Assembly: GCA_040386535.1 (NCBI GenBank)
Contig: JAZKFH010000005.1
Span: 247,365-311,364, forward strand
Reading direction: 5' to 3'
DNA length: 64,000 bases
Origin: Myxococcota bacterium
GTDB taxonomy: Bacteria > Myxococcota_A > UBA796 > SXON01
Numbering within the stretch: the stretch's first letter is position 1; every line of letters begins with the position of its first letter. Shown one piece after another: positions 50,516 through 59,448 of this stretch. The position numbers and the translations under genes are program-made. The notes under the pieces are model-generated. The model was not told where the DNA came from. It saw nothing but the letters and a program-made list of their open reading frames with translations, and searched no databases.

Positions 50516-50531
50516 TGCACAGCGCGTGCCG
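50516..50531 (-). promoter_or_regulatory. Candidate sigma54 (-24/-12) promoter for the Tad minor-pilin operon
   Basis: Minus strand CGGCACGCGCTGTGCA = GG-N10-GC, correctly placed ahead of the RBS. Confidence 0.55.
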
Positions 50532-50644
50532 GGCGCGCGATCCGCCTCTGGGGCGGATGGTAGGTCAGAGTGGGGCGCCGTTGCCCCGCTCCGTCCGCGG
50601 CAGGCGCGCCGCACCGGGGCTCCGATGCGGCGCACCGACACCGG

Positions 50645-52825
50645 CTACTCCCGGCGCCGGAAGGCGAGCGCGAGCGCGGCGCCTGCGAGCATGAGGGCCC
50701 CCGTGGGGCCCCCGCCGGTGGACGAGCAGCCGCCCGCGTTGATGATGGCCTTGGTGAACGGGTCGTAGATCTCGGTGTTCTCGTCCCACACCGAGATGCC
50801 GCCGAACGCCCAGTCCTGGTTCGCGTCCTCGTCGTAGATGACGGCGTAGATCTTGTACTTCCGGCCGGAGCCGGCGGTGTCGCCCGTGATCTCGGGCGCC
50901 GTGTAGTTCACGACCTGCGCGTACTTGTTGTCGATCGTGCCGCCACCATCTTCGAGGCTCCATTCGAAGGTGATCGTGTCCTGGTCCGCGTCGAACACCG
51001 TCACGTCCATCGTGACGACTTCGAACTCGTGGCAGGCGCTCTGCTCCATGCGGATGACGTTGCCGACGATGACCGGGACCGACTCGGTGGACTCGCAGCC
51101 GTCCGCGCTGTCGTAGAGACCGTCGCAGTCGTTGTCTTCGCGGTCGCAGATCTCGACGGCGGTGGGGTTGATCGTGACATCCTCGTCGTCACAATCGCCG
51201 TTGACCTCGGCGTAGCCGTCCCCGTCGTCGTCGGACAGGTCGGTGCCTTCGTCGATGGTGCCGTCACAGTCGTTGTCCATGCCGTCTCCGCGCTCGGGGG
51301 CGAGCGGGAAGACCTCGTCGGTGTAGTCGTTGCAGTCCCCGTCTGCCTCGGAGAAGCCGTCCTCATCGTCGTCGGAGCCGTCGGTGCCTTCGTCGATGTC
51401 GCCGTCGCAGTCGTTGTCCTCGCCGTCGAACACCTCCGCCGCGTTGGGGTAGGAGAGGATGTTCGCGTCGTCACAGTCGGCCGGCTCGGAGGCGACGCCG
51501 TAGCCGTCTCCATCGTCGTCGTCCGCCGGGTAGTCGGAATTGACGACCAGCGAGACAGACGCGTACGCGCTGGTGTCGCTGCCGTCGGTGACCGTGACGG
51601 TGAGGGTGTCGACGCCGGCCTGGAGGTCATCGGCCGGGATCTCGACGTAGACGTGGCCGGAGTCGTCGCTCGCGGCGCAGTTGGCGACCGACGCCTCGGC
51701 GAGCAGGCTCTTGACTTTGCAGACCAGCGACGTTGCCGGCTGGTTCTCGTCGAAGATGTTGAGCTCGAGCATGAGCGGGCGGATGGTGGAGTAGCGGTAG
51801 CCGTTCTCCGGCGATCGCACGAACACGGTCGGGGGCACGTTCTGCGGATCGTCGCCGGAGTTGCCCCGGATCGAGACGGTGACCTCGGGGTTGGCGGGGT
51901 CGTCGGTGTAGACGGTGAGCGAGCAGAACTCGGCGTCCGTGTCGGTCGGGAGGAAGGTCACCTCGACCAGCGTGGTGTCCCCGCCCTCGAGCAACAGGTC
52001 GGCGCCGAAGGTGGCCTGCACGTCGAACACGGCGAGGTCGCACGAGTCGGAGGGCTGCACGCCGAGCACGGTCACGTCCCCGTCGCCCACGTTCGCGATC
52101 TCGATGCGGGCCGGCGACTCCTCATCCGCGGCGTCCGGGTGGACGAAGCCGAAGTCGAAGGAACGGGGCCGGACGACGAGGGCCCCCTGCTGGAACTCGG
52201 ACTCGCCGTGCAGGTAGACCACCTGGCTCGTGTGGACCTTGTCCTCCGTGAAGTCGGGGAGGTACTGGCCCTCGTCCTCTTCCTTCTCGGTTAGCGCGGT
52301 GCCCACGCTCTCCACGATGAGCGCGTCGTACGCGTCCCCCTGGGCCGTGGGGGTGTAGGTGACCGTGAGGGGGATCTGGCAGCCCGGCTCGAGCAGGAAC
52401 AGCGCGCCCTCGAGGACCTCCTCGTCCGGTTCTTCGATGTCGGTGTCGACCGGCCCGCCGGTGTCGAGATCGACGCCCTTGGCGCCAGCCTCCGCGTCCG
52501 TATCCGCCTCGACGTCCTCGACGTCGCCCGCACACTCGATGCCCTCGATGTCGTACGCCACGGTGTAGGGCGAATCAAGCTCGGGGATCTCCTTGCCGCG
52601 CTCCCCGATGTAGACCGCACCGACGCCCATCGTCATGCCGCCCTCGTTCCCGAGGAGGATGGTCCGCTCGACGCTACCGCCCCATTCGGCCGAGCCGAAC
52701 TCCATCGACGCCTGGCCGAGGGTCATGATCGGGTACTTGAACTCCAGGTACTCCGGACCGTTCGACGTGCAACCGGTCAGCATTCCGAGCGGAAGGGTGA
52801 GAGCGAGCAGCACCGACTTGGACAT
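50645..52825 (-). CDS. Surface protein with Ig-like domains, MopE-related Asp/Cys repeats and a MYXO-CTERM-like tail
   Basis: Lipobox LTGC; repeats DCDDxxxxxxPxAxExxDGxDNDCDG; C-terminus 'GGCSSTGGGPTGALMLAGAALALAFRRRE'. Confidence 0.85.
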   Translation of the reverse strand: MSKSVLLALTLPLGMLTGCTSNGPEYLEFKYPIMTLGQASMEFGSAEWGGSVERTILLGNEGGMTMGVGAVYIGERGKEIPELDSPYTVAYDIEGIECAGDVEDVEADTDAEAGAKGVDLDTGGPVDTDIEEPDEEVLEGALFLLEPGCQIPLTVTYTPTAQGDAYDALIVESVGTALTEKEEDEGQYLPDFTEDKVHTSQVVYLHGESEFQQGALVVRPRSFDFGFVHPDAADEESPARIEIANVGDGDVTVLGVQPSDSCDLAVFDVQATFGADLLLEGGDTTLVEVTFLPTDTDAEFCSLTVYTDDPANPEVTVSIRGNSGDDPQNVPPTVFVRSPENGYRYSTIRPLMLELNIFDENQPATSLVCKVKSLLAEASVANCAASDDSGHVYVEIPADDLQAGVDTLTVTVTDGSDTSAYASVSLVVNSDYPADDDDGDGYGVASEPADCDDANILSYPNAAEVFDGEDNDCDGDIDEGTDGSDDDEDGFSEADGDCNDYTDEVFPLAPERGDGMDNDCDGTIDEGTDLSDDDGDGYAEVNGDCDDEDVTINPTAVEICDREDNDCDGLYDSADGCESTESVPVIVGNVIRMEQSACHEFEVVTMDVTVFDADQDTITFEWSLEDGGGTIDNKYAQVVNYTAPEITGDTAGSGRKYKIYAVIYDEDANQDWAFGGISVWDENTEIYDPFTKAIINAGGCSSTGGGPTGALMLAGAALALAFRRRE

Positions 52826-52891
52826 TCCGACTCCGGGAGAGCGTCGCGATCGAGAAGAGACGTTGCCCCAATGAACGAGCAGCGCCTGCGA

Positions 52892-52921
52892 AGGGTAGCC
52901 GGGGCTCCACACGGGTGTCAA
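52892..52921 (-). promoter_or_regulatory. Candidate sigma70 promoter
   Basis: Minus strand TTGACA-N18-TACCCT upstream of the MYXO-CTERM gene. Confidence 0.45.
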
Positions 52922-52977
52922 CGAATCATCAAGATCTGCAACGGCCGTGTCGTGGATCCGGACGCACGTGCTGCGCG

Positions 52978-53610
52978 CTAGAGCAGGTGCCCGCTCTTGT
53001 CCCGCTTCGTCGCGAGGTAGCCGAGGTTGTGCGTGTTCGCCTCGGTGAGGAGGGGGATGTGCCCCGACACCGGAATGCCGGCGCGGCGCAGCCCCGCCAG
53101 CTTGGCCGGGTTGTTGGTCAAGAGACGGACCGAGCGGATCCCGAGCTGCCGGATGACCTCCGCGGCGATGTCGTACCGCCGCAAGTCGTCGGGAAAGCCC
53201 AGCGCGAGGTTGGCCTCGACCGTGTCCATCCCGGCGTCCTGAAGGGCGTACGCACGGATCTTGTTGGCGAGGCCGATGCCACGGCCTTCCTGGGGCAGGT
53301 ACAACACGGCGCCCCGCTCGGCGGCGCCCACGTACGTCAACGCGGCCTCGAGCTGGTCGCGGCAGTCGCACTTCCAACTCCCCATCACGTCGCCCGTGAA
53401 GCACTCCGAGTGGAGACGCACGGGCACGTCCTCGGCACCGTCGAGCTCGCCTCTCGCCATCACGCCGTAGTCGTTCCCGTCGGTGGCACACTCGAACGCC
53501 AGGACGCGGAAATCTCCATACCGGCTCGGCAGCCGGGCCTCGGCCGCGAAGTGAACGAGCGGACGGGAGGCCGGGGCGACCCGAGGGGTGTGACGAGCCG
53601 CGCTATCCAT
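52978..53610 (-). CDS. ribA: GTP cyclohydrolase II
   Basis: 'VRLHSECFTGD..GS.KCDC..QL', 'QEGRGIGLANKIRAYALQD', 'LLTNNP.K', 'YLATKRDKSGH'. Confidence 0.96.
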   Translation of the reverse strand: MDSAARHTPRVAPASRPLVHFAAEARLPSRYGDFRVLAFECATDGNDYGVMARGELDGAEDVPVRLHSECFTGDVMGSWKCDCRDQLEAALTYVGAAERGAVLYLPQEGRGIGLANKIRAYALQDAGMDTVEANLALGFPDDLRRYDIAAEVIRQLGIRSVRLLTNNPAKLAGLRRAGIPVSGHIPLLTEANTHNLGYLATKRDKSGHLL

Positions 53611-53813
53611 TGCGCCTCCTGGACTGCCGGAGGCAGCCCCGTGGGTATTTCCCTTCTCGGCGCCGGGCGCCGACGGCCACGAGATGTGCCGCTCCGGATC
53701 GTCGTCCGGCCAATAGGACACAAACTGAACCGACGGCCCCTCCCCCGTCAACCTCCGCCCAACGCCGTGCTCGGGGGGGCGTGACGCAGGCTACCGTGCG
53801 AAGCCAACGCAGC

Positions 53814-53857
53814 AAAAACGCGATGGCCCCCGCCCCGGATGAACCGAAGCGGGGGCC
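53814..53857 (-). terminator. Intrinsic terminator after the HU gene
   Basis: GGCCCCCGC/GCGGGGGCC stem; minus strand followed by ATCGCGTTTTT. Confidence 0.6.
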
Positions 53858-53869
53858 GCGCAGAGACGC

Positions 53870-54145
53870 TTAGTTGTTGAGCGCTTCCTTGAGGCCCTTG
53901 CCCGCGCGGAACACCGGGATCCGACGGGACGGAACCTGGATCTCGGCGCCGTTCTTGGGGTTGTGACCCTTGAACTGGCGGCGCTGCGACACCGTGAAGG
54001 TGCCGAAGTCGGAGATGGTCACCTTCTCGCCCTTGGTGAGGGCGTCCTGGACGGTGTCCATGATGATGTTCACGTACAGGGCGGCGCGGATCTTGGGGAT
54101 GCCTGCCTTGACGGAGAGCTGCTCGGTAAGGTCTGCCTTGTTCAC
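53870..54145 (-). CDS. hup: HU/IHF family DNA-binding protein
   Basis: AAGGAG RBS; 'NKADL', 'FGTF', 'GHNPKNG..I.VP....PVFRAGK.LKE'. Confidence 0.93.
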   Translation of the reverse strand: MNKADLTEQLSVKAGIPKIRAALYVNIIMDTVQDALTKGEKVTISDFGTFTVSQRRQFKGHNPKNGAEIQVPSRRIPVFRAGKGLKEALNN

Positions 54146-54537
54146 GGAGAACTCCTTTCTCGGGGGTGAGAACATGTAATTGTTGAGAATCTCGAAGATC
54201 GGCACTCTTCAGCTTCTGCTTCAGGCCACTCGGGCACCCCCGCCCGCGGCCCCGGAAAGGTCAGAGAGGACTTCCCTTCCCGGCGCACAATAAATAGCCG
54301 GAAGACCCTAAAGTCGCCAACGACGAAAGCCCCGTTTTTTCACTTTGTAGACGAATCCAAAATTCCCATATTCTCCAGGAGCGCGCGCGACGTCTCCACG
54401 TTGCGCTCGGCCTGCGACTGCAACAGCGGCGAGAGCAGCGTCGAAGGGGGCTCATCCTCGGCGGACAAGCCACGATAGCGCCCATTGGTCCGTCGGCATC
54501 CGCTGGGAAGCCGAGCGAAGGAGGCGCCGGCCGACCG

Positions 54538-55536
54538 TCACCGAGCCGAGGAGGCCCCGCCCCGAGGCGGGTTGAGCCAGCCGCCGCGCATCTGGAGAGC
54601 CCGCGGCACCGAGGTGATCCGCACCGGTCCCACGGGGAGGCTCTCCCCGTCTCCCTCCAGCGGGATCTCCGTTCCCACCCGCACGGACGTGACGCGTATC
54701 CGGCGAACTTCGGGGTGCTCGCCGAGACGCCCGTTGTAGACGAAGGGCAGGAGCCGGACCGACTTGGCAAGGCCGAAGGGCGGAATGATGGTCAGCTCGA
54801 AGACGCCGTCCGCCATCGAGCCGCCCTTGCCGACCCACATGCCCGCGCCGCAGTAGTGCCCGTTCGCGCAGAACGCCGCGAACGTGTCGAGCTCGGCCTC
54901 CCCCGGGCCGTCCGGGCCGTCCCAGGACCACGCCACGCGCCGCGCCTCGAACCCCGCGAGCGCGCCGAGCACGGCGCCCAGGAAGGTGATCGTTCCCCCG
55001 AAGCGCTTGCTCGATGCGTTGGCGCGACGGCAGACATCCGCGTTCGCGCCGATGCCGGCCACATTGACAAACGCGCGGGTTGAACCGTCGTCCCACGTGT
55101 AGAGGCCGACGTCGAGGGGGAGCGTCATGCCCGTGCCGAGCATCCAGTACGCCCGATCGACGGCCCGCGGCACCTCGAGACTGCGCACGAGATCCCCGCC
55201 GGTGCCGAACGGGATGACGCCGAACACGAGCTTCGGCTTCACCGGCACGCCGCCGGGAACGAGCCCGTTGACGACCTCGCTGCAGGTGCCGTCCCCTCCG
55301 AGCGCGGCGACGATGTCGGCCTCCCCCGCCGCGGCGGCCGCGAGCTCGGCCGCGTGGCCCGGCCCCTCGGTCCAGCGAACTTCGACCTGCGCAAACGCGC
55401 GGTCCGCCGCTCGCTCCACGAGGTCGCGGTTCGCGCCTGCTCGGCCGCCGCCCGCCCGTGGATTGGCGATGACGATCAGCCGCTCGCCTCGGTTCTGGCT
55501 GCCGGAGGAGTCCGAGGAGGAGGGAGTGTCAGACAT
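54538..55536 (-). CDS. Diacylglycerol/lipid kinase family protein (YegS/DgkB-like)
   Basis: 'IANPRAGGG', 'GGDGTCSEVVNG', 'IPFGTGGDL', 'NGHYCGAGM', 'DGE'. Confidence 0.9.
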   Translation of the reverse strand: MSDTPSSSDSSGSQNRGERLIVIANPRAGGGRAGANRDLVERAADRAFAQVEVRWTEGPGHAAELAAAAAGEADIVAALGGDGTCSEVVNGLVPGGVPVKPKLVFGVIPFGTGGDLVRSLEVPRAVDRAYWMLGTGMTLPLDVGLYTWDDGSTRAFVNVAGIGANADVCRRANASSKRFGGTITFLGAVLGALAGFEARRVAWSWDGPDGPGEAELDTFAAFCANGHYCGAGMWVGKGGSMADGVFELTIIPPFGLAKSVRLLPFVYNGRLGEHPEVRRIRVTSVRVGTEIPLEGDGESLPVGPVRITSVPRALQMRGGWLNPPRGGASSAR

Positions 55537-56335
55537 CCGTACATCCGAGGAAATCGGTGGGGCCGACCATCCGCGCACCGTGGGCGCGCAGCCAGCAGGC
55601 GCACTCTTCGTCCGCGCAGCTCATGAGGACACCGGCGAACAGGCGAACGTTCTCCTCGGCGACGCTCCGCGCCGCTTCGGGTTCGCGGTCCGGAAATCCT
55701 TCGCGCCGGCCGCAACAGGCGAGCTGGCCCGGTCCCGGCATCGGCCCGGGATGACAGGGATGAAACACCACACCCGCTTCCGGCGGCGGGACGCGACGGA
55801 CACGGAGGCCCGCTGTGCGCGCGACCTCTTCGACCGCGCCAGACGCGGTGACCAGCTCGCGACCGGCAAAGTGCGCTGCGACGGCTTCGAGCACGCCCGG
55901 GTGCCCGAGGCGCCAGGCGGCATGCCCGAGGCTGTCCTTCGTGCGGACCACCGCCACCGGCGCGCCGACGCTCTCGCTCCACCAGGCCGACCAGTCCCCG
56001 GTCCCGGTCAGGACGCAGACGCTCAACGCGCTGCCCTCGATGGGCGCGAGGACGCTGGGCGCCGGCGGCGAAAGCTGCGGCGCACGCCAGCCGGCCAGGC
56101 GCTCGCTGACGGGGACGTGCACCTTGCAATGGGCCGTGCAGGCGCCACATCCGAGGCACAGCGATGTCCCCGCCAGGGCATCGGCGGGAGAGAGCGCGCC
56201 CTGCTCCCGCAGGAGCGGCACCCCCATCATCGAGGCGGCCGTGGCGGCCTCAGCGCCCGTGGCGACGGCCACGGGGCACACGTGACGACACAGGCGCGGG
56301 CAGTAGGCACAGGTGGTGAAGTCGGCTGCGTTCAC
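55529..56335 (-). CDS. Fe-S binding protein (4Fe-4S dicluster plus CCG-like)
   Basis: 'CAYCPRLCRHVCP', 'CLGCGACTAHC', 'HPCH', 'CCG'. Confidence 0.75.
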   Translation of the reverse strand: MNAADFTTCAYCPRLCRHVCPVAVATGAEAATAASMMGVPLLREQGALSPADALAGTSLCLGCGACTAHCKVHVPVSERLAGWRAPQLSPPAPSVLAPIEGSALSVCVLTGTGDWSAWWSESVGAPVAVVRTKDSLGHAAWRLGHPGVLEAVAAHFAGRELVTASGAVEEVARTAGLRVRRVPPPEAGVVFHPCHPGPMPGPGQLACCGRREGFPDREPEAARSVAEENVRLFAGVLMSCADEECACWLRAHGARMVGPTDFLGCTDV

Positions 56336-58308
56336 GTGCGGACACCCGCGAGATCCGACGAACCCTCGACGAGCCGAAGGGCGAGGGACGCCAGATCGGC
56401 CGCCGCCGGGCCGCGAAACTCGACCGTTGCGCCGAGATCACGTGCGGGCCGAAGGTCCGCCGCGAGACACACGTTCGCCGGCACCTGGACGCGACACACC
56501 AGCTCGTCCCGACGGACCACGGGGACCGTGAGCGTCTCGTAGGTGTCGGGCGGCAGCGCCTCGCGTGGGTCGGGCCCGGCGCTGCTCCGCGGCACTGCGA
56601 CGAAGACGGCGCGTCGCCCGTCGAGCCGTGCGCTGGCACCGAGGACGCGCGACTCCCACGGCCGGCGGGGCGCACCGACGCTCGCCGCGAGCGACGCGGG
56701 GGATGGAAACCGGAGCTCCCACCCTTCGGCCGCGAGCCACGCGTCGCGTGCGGCGGCCGGCTGTTGCGCGTCGAGGGTGGCGATCTGGGAGATCGGATCG
56801 ACTCCAAGCGGCGGCGCGGCGGGCTCCGGCACCTCGACGACCGGAAAGAGCCGGCCCGGATTCAAGATGCCCGCGGGATCGAGCCGGGCCTTGAGCGCGT
56901 GGAAGCGAGGGGAGATCCCGGCGAGTTCTCGCGCCGCGGCCGCCATCTTGAGCTGGCCGACACCATGATGGTGCGCCACGGTTCCGCCGGCCTCCGCGGC
57001 CGCGGCCAGCGCGTCGCGCCAGGTCGCGTCGTAGACCTCGAGGCGCCCGACGCCCGCGAAGCTGAAGTAGATGCTGCATCCCTCGCGGTACACGTGCGAA
57101 AAATGAGCCATCACGAGCGTATGGCGACCGAGGGCCGCCCGCACGCCGTCGTAGAGCGCGGGCAGGCGCGACCAGGTCGTCGCGACCTCCATGGTGTCGG
57201 CGAAGCCTCCCCGCTCGAAGATGGGCGCCGATTTGTAGCTGACCTCGTGCCGGTGGGCGTACCAGTGCTCTCCAAGCTCCTCTCCGAGCGGCTCCCCGGC
57301 GGAGAGCAGCGCGGCGCCGTGGGCGGCCAGCACATCGATCACATCACGCTGGCCCTCCCACCCGGCGATCAGCACGCAACCGGACGAGATGCCCTGCGCG
57401 AGCGCGTTCAAGAGCCGCGGCAAGGCGAGCGGAAGGCTCAACAGGTGCGAGCGTAGCGCTGGCACCGACTCGGCCGCCTTCCGGATCTCGTGCAGCCACC
57501 CCGCCCCCGCCTTGGCCTTCGTCGCGCTCCCCTTCCCCGCGATCCGCGTATCCACCGGATCGTAGAGGCGAAGCACCGCGGGATGCAGGTCTGCCTGCAG
57601 GAGCGCGCGCATCGCCTCCCAGGCGGCCTCCACCGTCGGAAAGCGCCACGCGGCGAAGCGTCGCGCGGTCGGCACCGGCACCGTGCGCACCAGGAGCTCG
57701 CTGATGATGCCGAGGCTGCCCTCGGCCCCCATCACCCAGGGCCCCAGGTCCTCTCCCTGCGCCCACACACCGGTGCCGAAGCGCCCCGCCGGAGCCACCA
57801 CCTGCATCCCGAGGACCATGTCCTCGAACTTCCCGTACTTGCTCGAGAACTGACCCGCGGAGCGCGAAGCCGCCCAGCCTCCGACGGTGGAACACCAGAT
57901 GGACGACGGGCTGTGGCGGGTAGCCCGGCCCGCGCGCTCGAGGGTGTCCTCGAGGTGTTGCCCGAGGACGCCCGGCTGGCAAATGACGGTGTCGCCTTCG
58001 ATGGCCCCGATGCGGTTCATCCGCTTCAGGTCGACCACCAGGGAGCCCGAGCGGCCAGCCGCCGCCCCGCACACGCCACTCCCCGCGCCGTAGGGCACGA
58101 TCGCGACGCCCTCCGCCTCGGCCCAGGCGAGGCACGCCGCGATCTCCTCCGCGTTCCGCGGCCACGCCACGGCCTCGGGCGAGGGCGGCAACGGGCCCGC
58201 GCCGGCGAGCGCGAGCGTGCCGCGCGGCCAGAGGTCTCGCGCATGGGCGATGCGCTCGGCGGCATCCACCGAGACGGCCACGACGCTGCGAAGGCGGTCC
58301 AAATTCAC
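56332..58308 (-). CDS. FAD-linked oxidase, alkyl-dihydroxyacetonephosphate synthase-like
   Basis: 'PYGAGSGVCG', 'H.PSS..CSTVGGW.A.RSAGQFSSKYGKFEDM', 'RLYD', 'DTMEVA..WS', 'HFSHVY', 'HHHGVG', 'DPAGILNPG'. Confidence 0.8.
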   Translation of the reverse strand: MNLDRLRSVVAVSVDAAERIAHARDLWPRGTLALAGAGPLPPSPEAVAWPRNAEEIAACLAWAEAEGVAIVPYGAGSGVCGAAAGRSGSLVVDLKRMNRIGAIEGDTVICQPGVLGQHLEDTLERAGRATRHSPSSIWCSTVGGWAASRSAGQFSSKYGKFEDMVLGMQVVAPAGRFGTGVWAQGEDLGPWVMGAEGSLGIISELLVRTVPVPTARRFAAWRFPTVEAAWEAMRALLQADLHPAVLRLYDPVDTRIAGKGSATKAKAGAGWLHEIRKAAESVPALRSHLLSLPLALPRLLNALAQGISSGCVLIAGWEGQRDVIDVLAAHGAALLSAGEPLGEELGEHWYAHRHEVSYKSAPIFERGGFADTMEVATTWSRLPALYDGVRAALGRHTLVMAHFSHVYREGCSIYFSFAGVGRLEVYDATWRDALAAAAEAGGTVAHHHGVGQLKMAAAARELAGISPRFHALKARLDPAGILNPGRLFPVVEVPEPAAPPLGVDPISQIATLDAQQPAAARDAWLAAEGWELRFPSPASLAASVGAPRRPWESRVLGASARLDGRRAVFVAVPRSSAGPDPREALPPDTYETLTVPVVRRDELVCRVQVPANVCLAADLRPARDLGATVEFRGPAAADLASLALRLVEGSSDLAGVRT

Positions 58309-58373
58309 GGCGGCGTTCTATCCGAACGAGGTCGTGGGTCACGGCCGACAGGTCGAAATGGGAGGCGCGGCCC

Positions 58374-58464
58374 AAAAAGAAGCGAGGCGCCCGGGGGTCC
58401 GGGCGCCTGCTCGCGGTGAGGAGGGCGGGGGGTACTCGCCAGCCTCGGGCCGTCGCGTCTCCGG
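58374..58464 (-). ncRNA. Candidate sigma54-dependent small RNA (~90 nt, Pxr-like layout)
   Basis: -24/-12 promoter upstream, no ORF, C-rich segment TACCCCCCGCCCTCCT, terminator AGGCGCCCGG-ACCC-CCGGGCGCCT followed by CGCTTCTTTTT. Confidence 0.55.
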
Positions 58465-58474
58465 CAACTTGAGA

Positions 58475-58491
58475 AGCAAGTTCCGGGCCAG
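58475..58491 (-). promoter_or_regulatory. Sigma54 (-24/-12) promoter
   Basis: Minus strand CTGGCCCGGAACTTGCT; one mismatch to TGGCAC-N5-TTGCW. Confidence 0.65.
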
Positions 58492-58575
58492 AAATGCCCG
58501 GACCGGGTCAAACTGTACTGTACACAGGCACTTGGGACCGCTGACGGGTCTCGAACGAGGGCCGAGCGACCAGGT

Positions 58576-59361
58576 TCAGGACATGCGTGTCGCGGCGGCC
58601 GGCGCCAGGCCCTTCTCGGCCAGCCAGGCAGCGAGCCGGTCGGCCATCTCCCACGGCCGCTCTTCGGGGTGAACGTGCTGGCCGCCGGGCACCGATCGAT
58701 GCTCCGCGCCGGGCAGCGCGGCCTCCAGGAACGCCGCTTCTTCCGCTGGATAGAGAGGATCTGCGTCCCCCCACAAGAGCAGCACGGGACACTTCAGGGC
58801 CGTGGCGTCGGGAAGCGTGCGGAGGCTCCCGAGATAGCTCGCGACGGCCGCCCGCCCCGCCCCGCTGGCCACAAGCGGGCCGCAAAGCGCGGCGACGGTG
58901 TCGCGGTCCATGACGTAGGGGTTCACCGCGGCCCGGCGGAGGCCGGCCGAGGACGCCAACCACCCCAGCCAGGGGCGCGGCAGGAGCACCGAGCGCTGGG
59001 CCACCGCGGCCCCGCCCCGCGTCGCGCAGAGGCCCGCCAAGGCCCGTGCGAAGGGGTCCAGGCGGCGGACAGGCCCGTTCGAGAGCACCAACGCAGCCGG
59101 CGGGGTCATCAGCGCTGCGGCGATCGCGGCGGGGACCGCGAGGCCGTGCCCGACGAGCACCGTGGGCGCGCGTTGCAGCTGCTCGGCGATCACCTGTGCG
59201 CGCTCGGCCCACCCGTGGCCGGACGCGTGGCTGTCGATGACCGAGTGGGCCTCGCCATGTCCGAGCCGCTCGAGCACATGTTCGTAGAGCTCGAGGCCGA
59301 ACGGGGGGCCCGAGTAGAACAGGACGGACGGTGTGCCGCCTACACGGAGGGGGCTCGTCAA
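58576..59361 (-). CDS. Alpha/beta-hydrolase-fold protein without canonical nucleophile
   Basis: 'TVLVGHGLAVPAAIAAA...LVLSNG', 'PVLLLWGDADP', 'GGQHVHPEERP'. Confidence 0.75.
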   Translation of the reverse strand: MTSPLRVGGTPSVLFYSGPPFGLELYEHVLERLGHGEAHSVIDSHASGHGWAERAQVIAEQLQRAPTVLVGHGLAVPAAIAAALMTPPAALVLSNGPVRRLDPFARALAGLCATRGGAAVAQRSVLLPRPWLGWLASSAGLRRAAVNPYVMDRDTVAALCGPLVASGAGRAAVASYLGSLRTLPDATALKCPVLLLWGDADPLYPAEEAAFLEAALPGAEHRSVPGGQHVHPEERPWEMADRLAAWLAEKGLAPAAATRMS

Positions 59362-59448
59362 GGCCGCACCGAGGCGAGGGAAGAAGGCGGAACGTGGTCG
59401 AAGCGGGGGAGGTGCATTAGGTGCCGTGGATCGTGGCTGGGTCCAGGC

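Noticed and set aside
53611..53810. Expected FMN riboswitch upstream of ribA
   Set aside because: No AGGGCGGGG...AATTCCC.ACCGGCGG or GTCCGGATG.GAG core found on the minus strand.
54340..54537. Open frame continuing past the lipid-kinase TGA stop (possible readthrough or 42-aa ORF)
   Set aside because: No RBS, no recognisable motif and no SECIS-like signal; more likely the HU promoter region.
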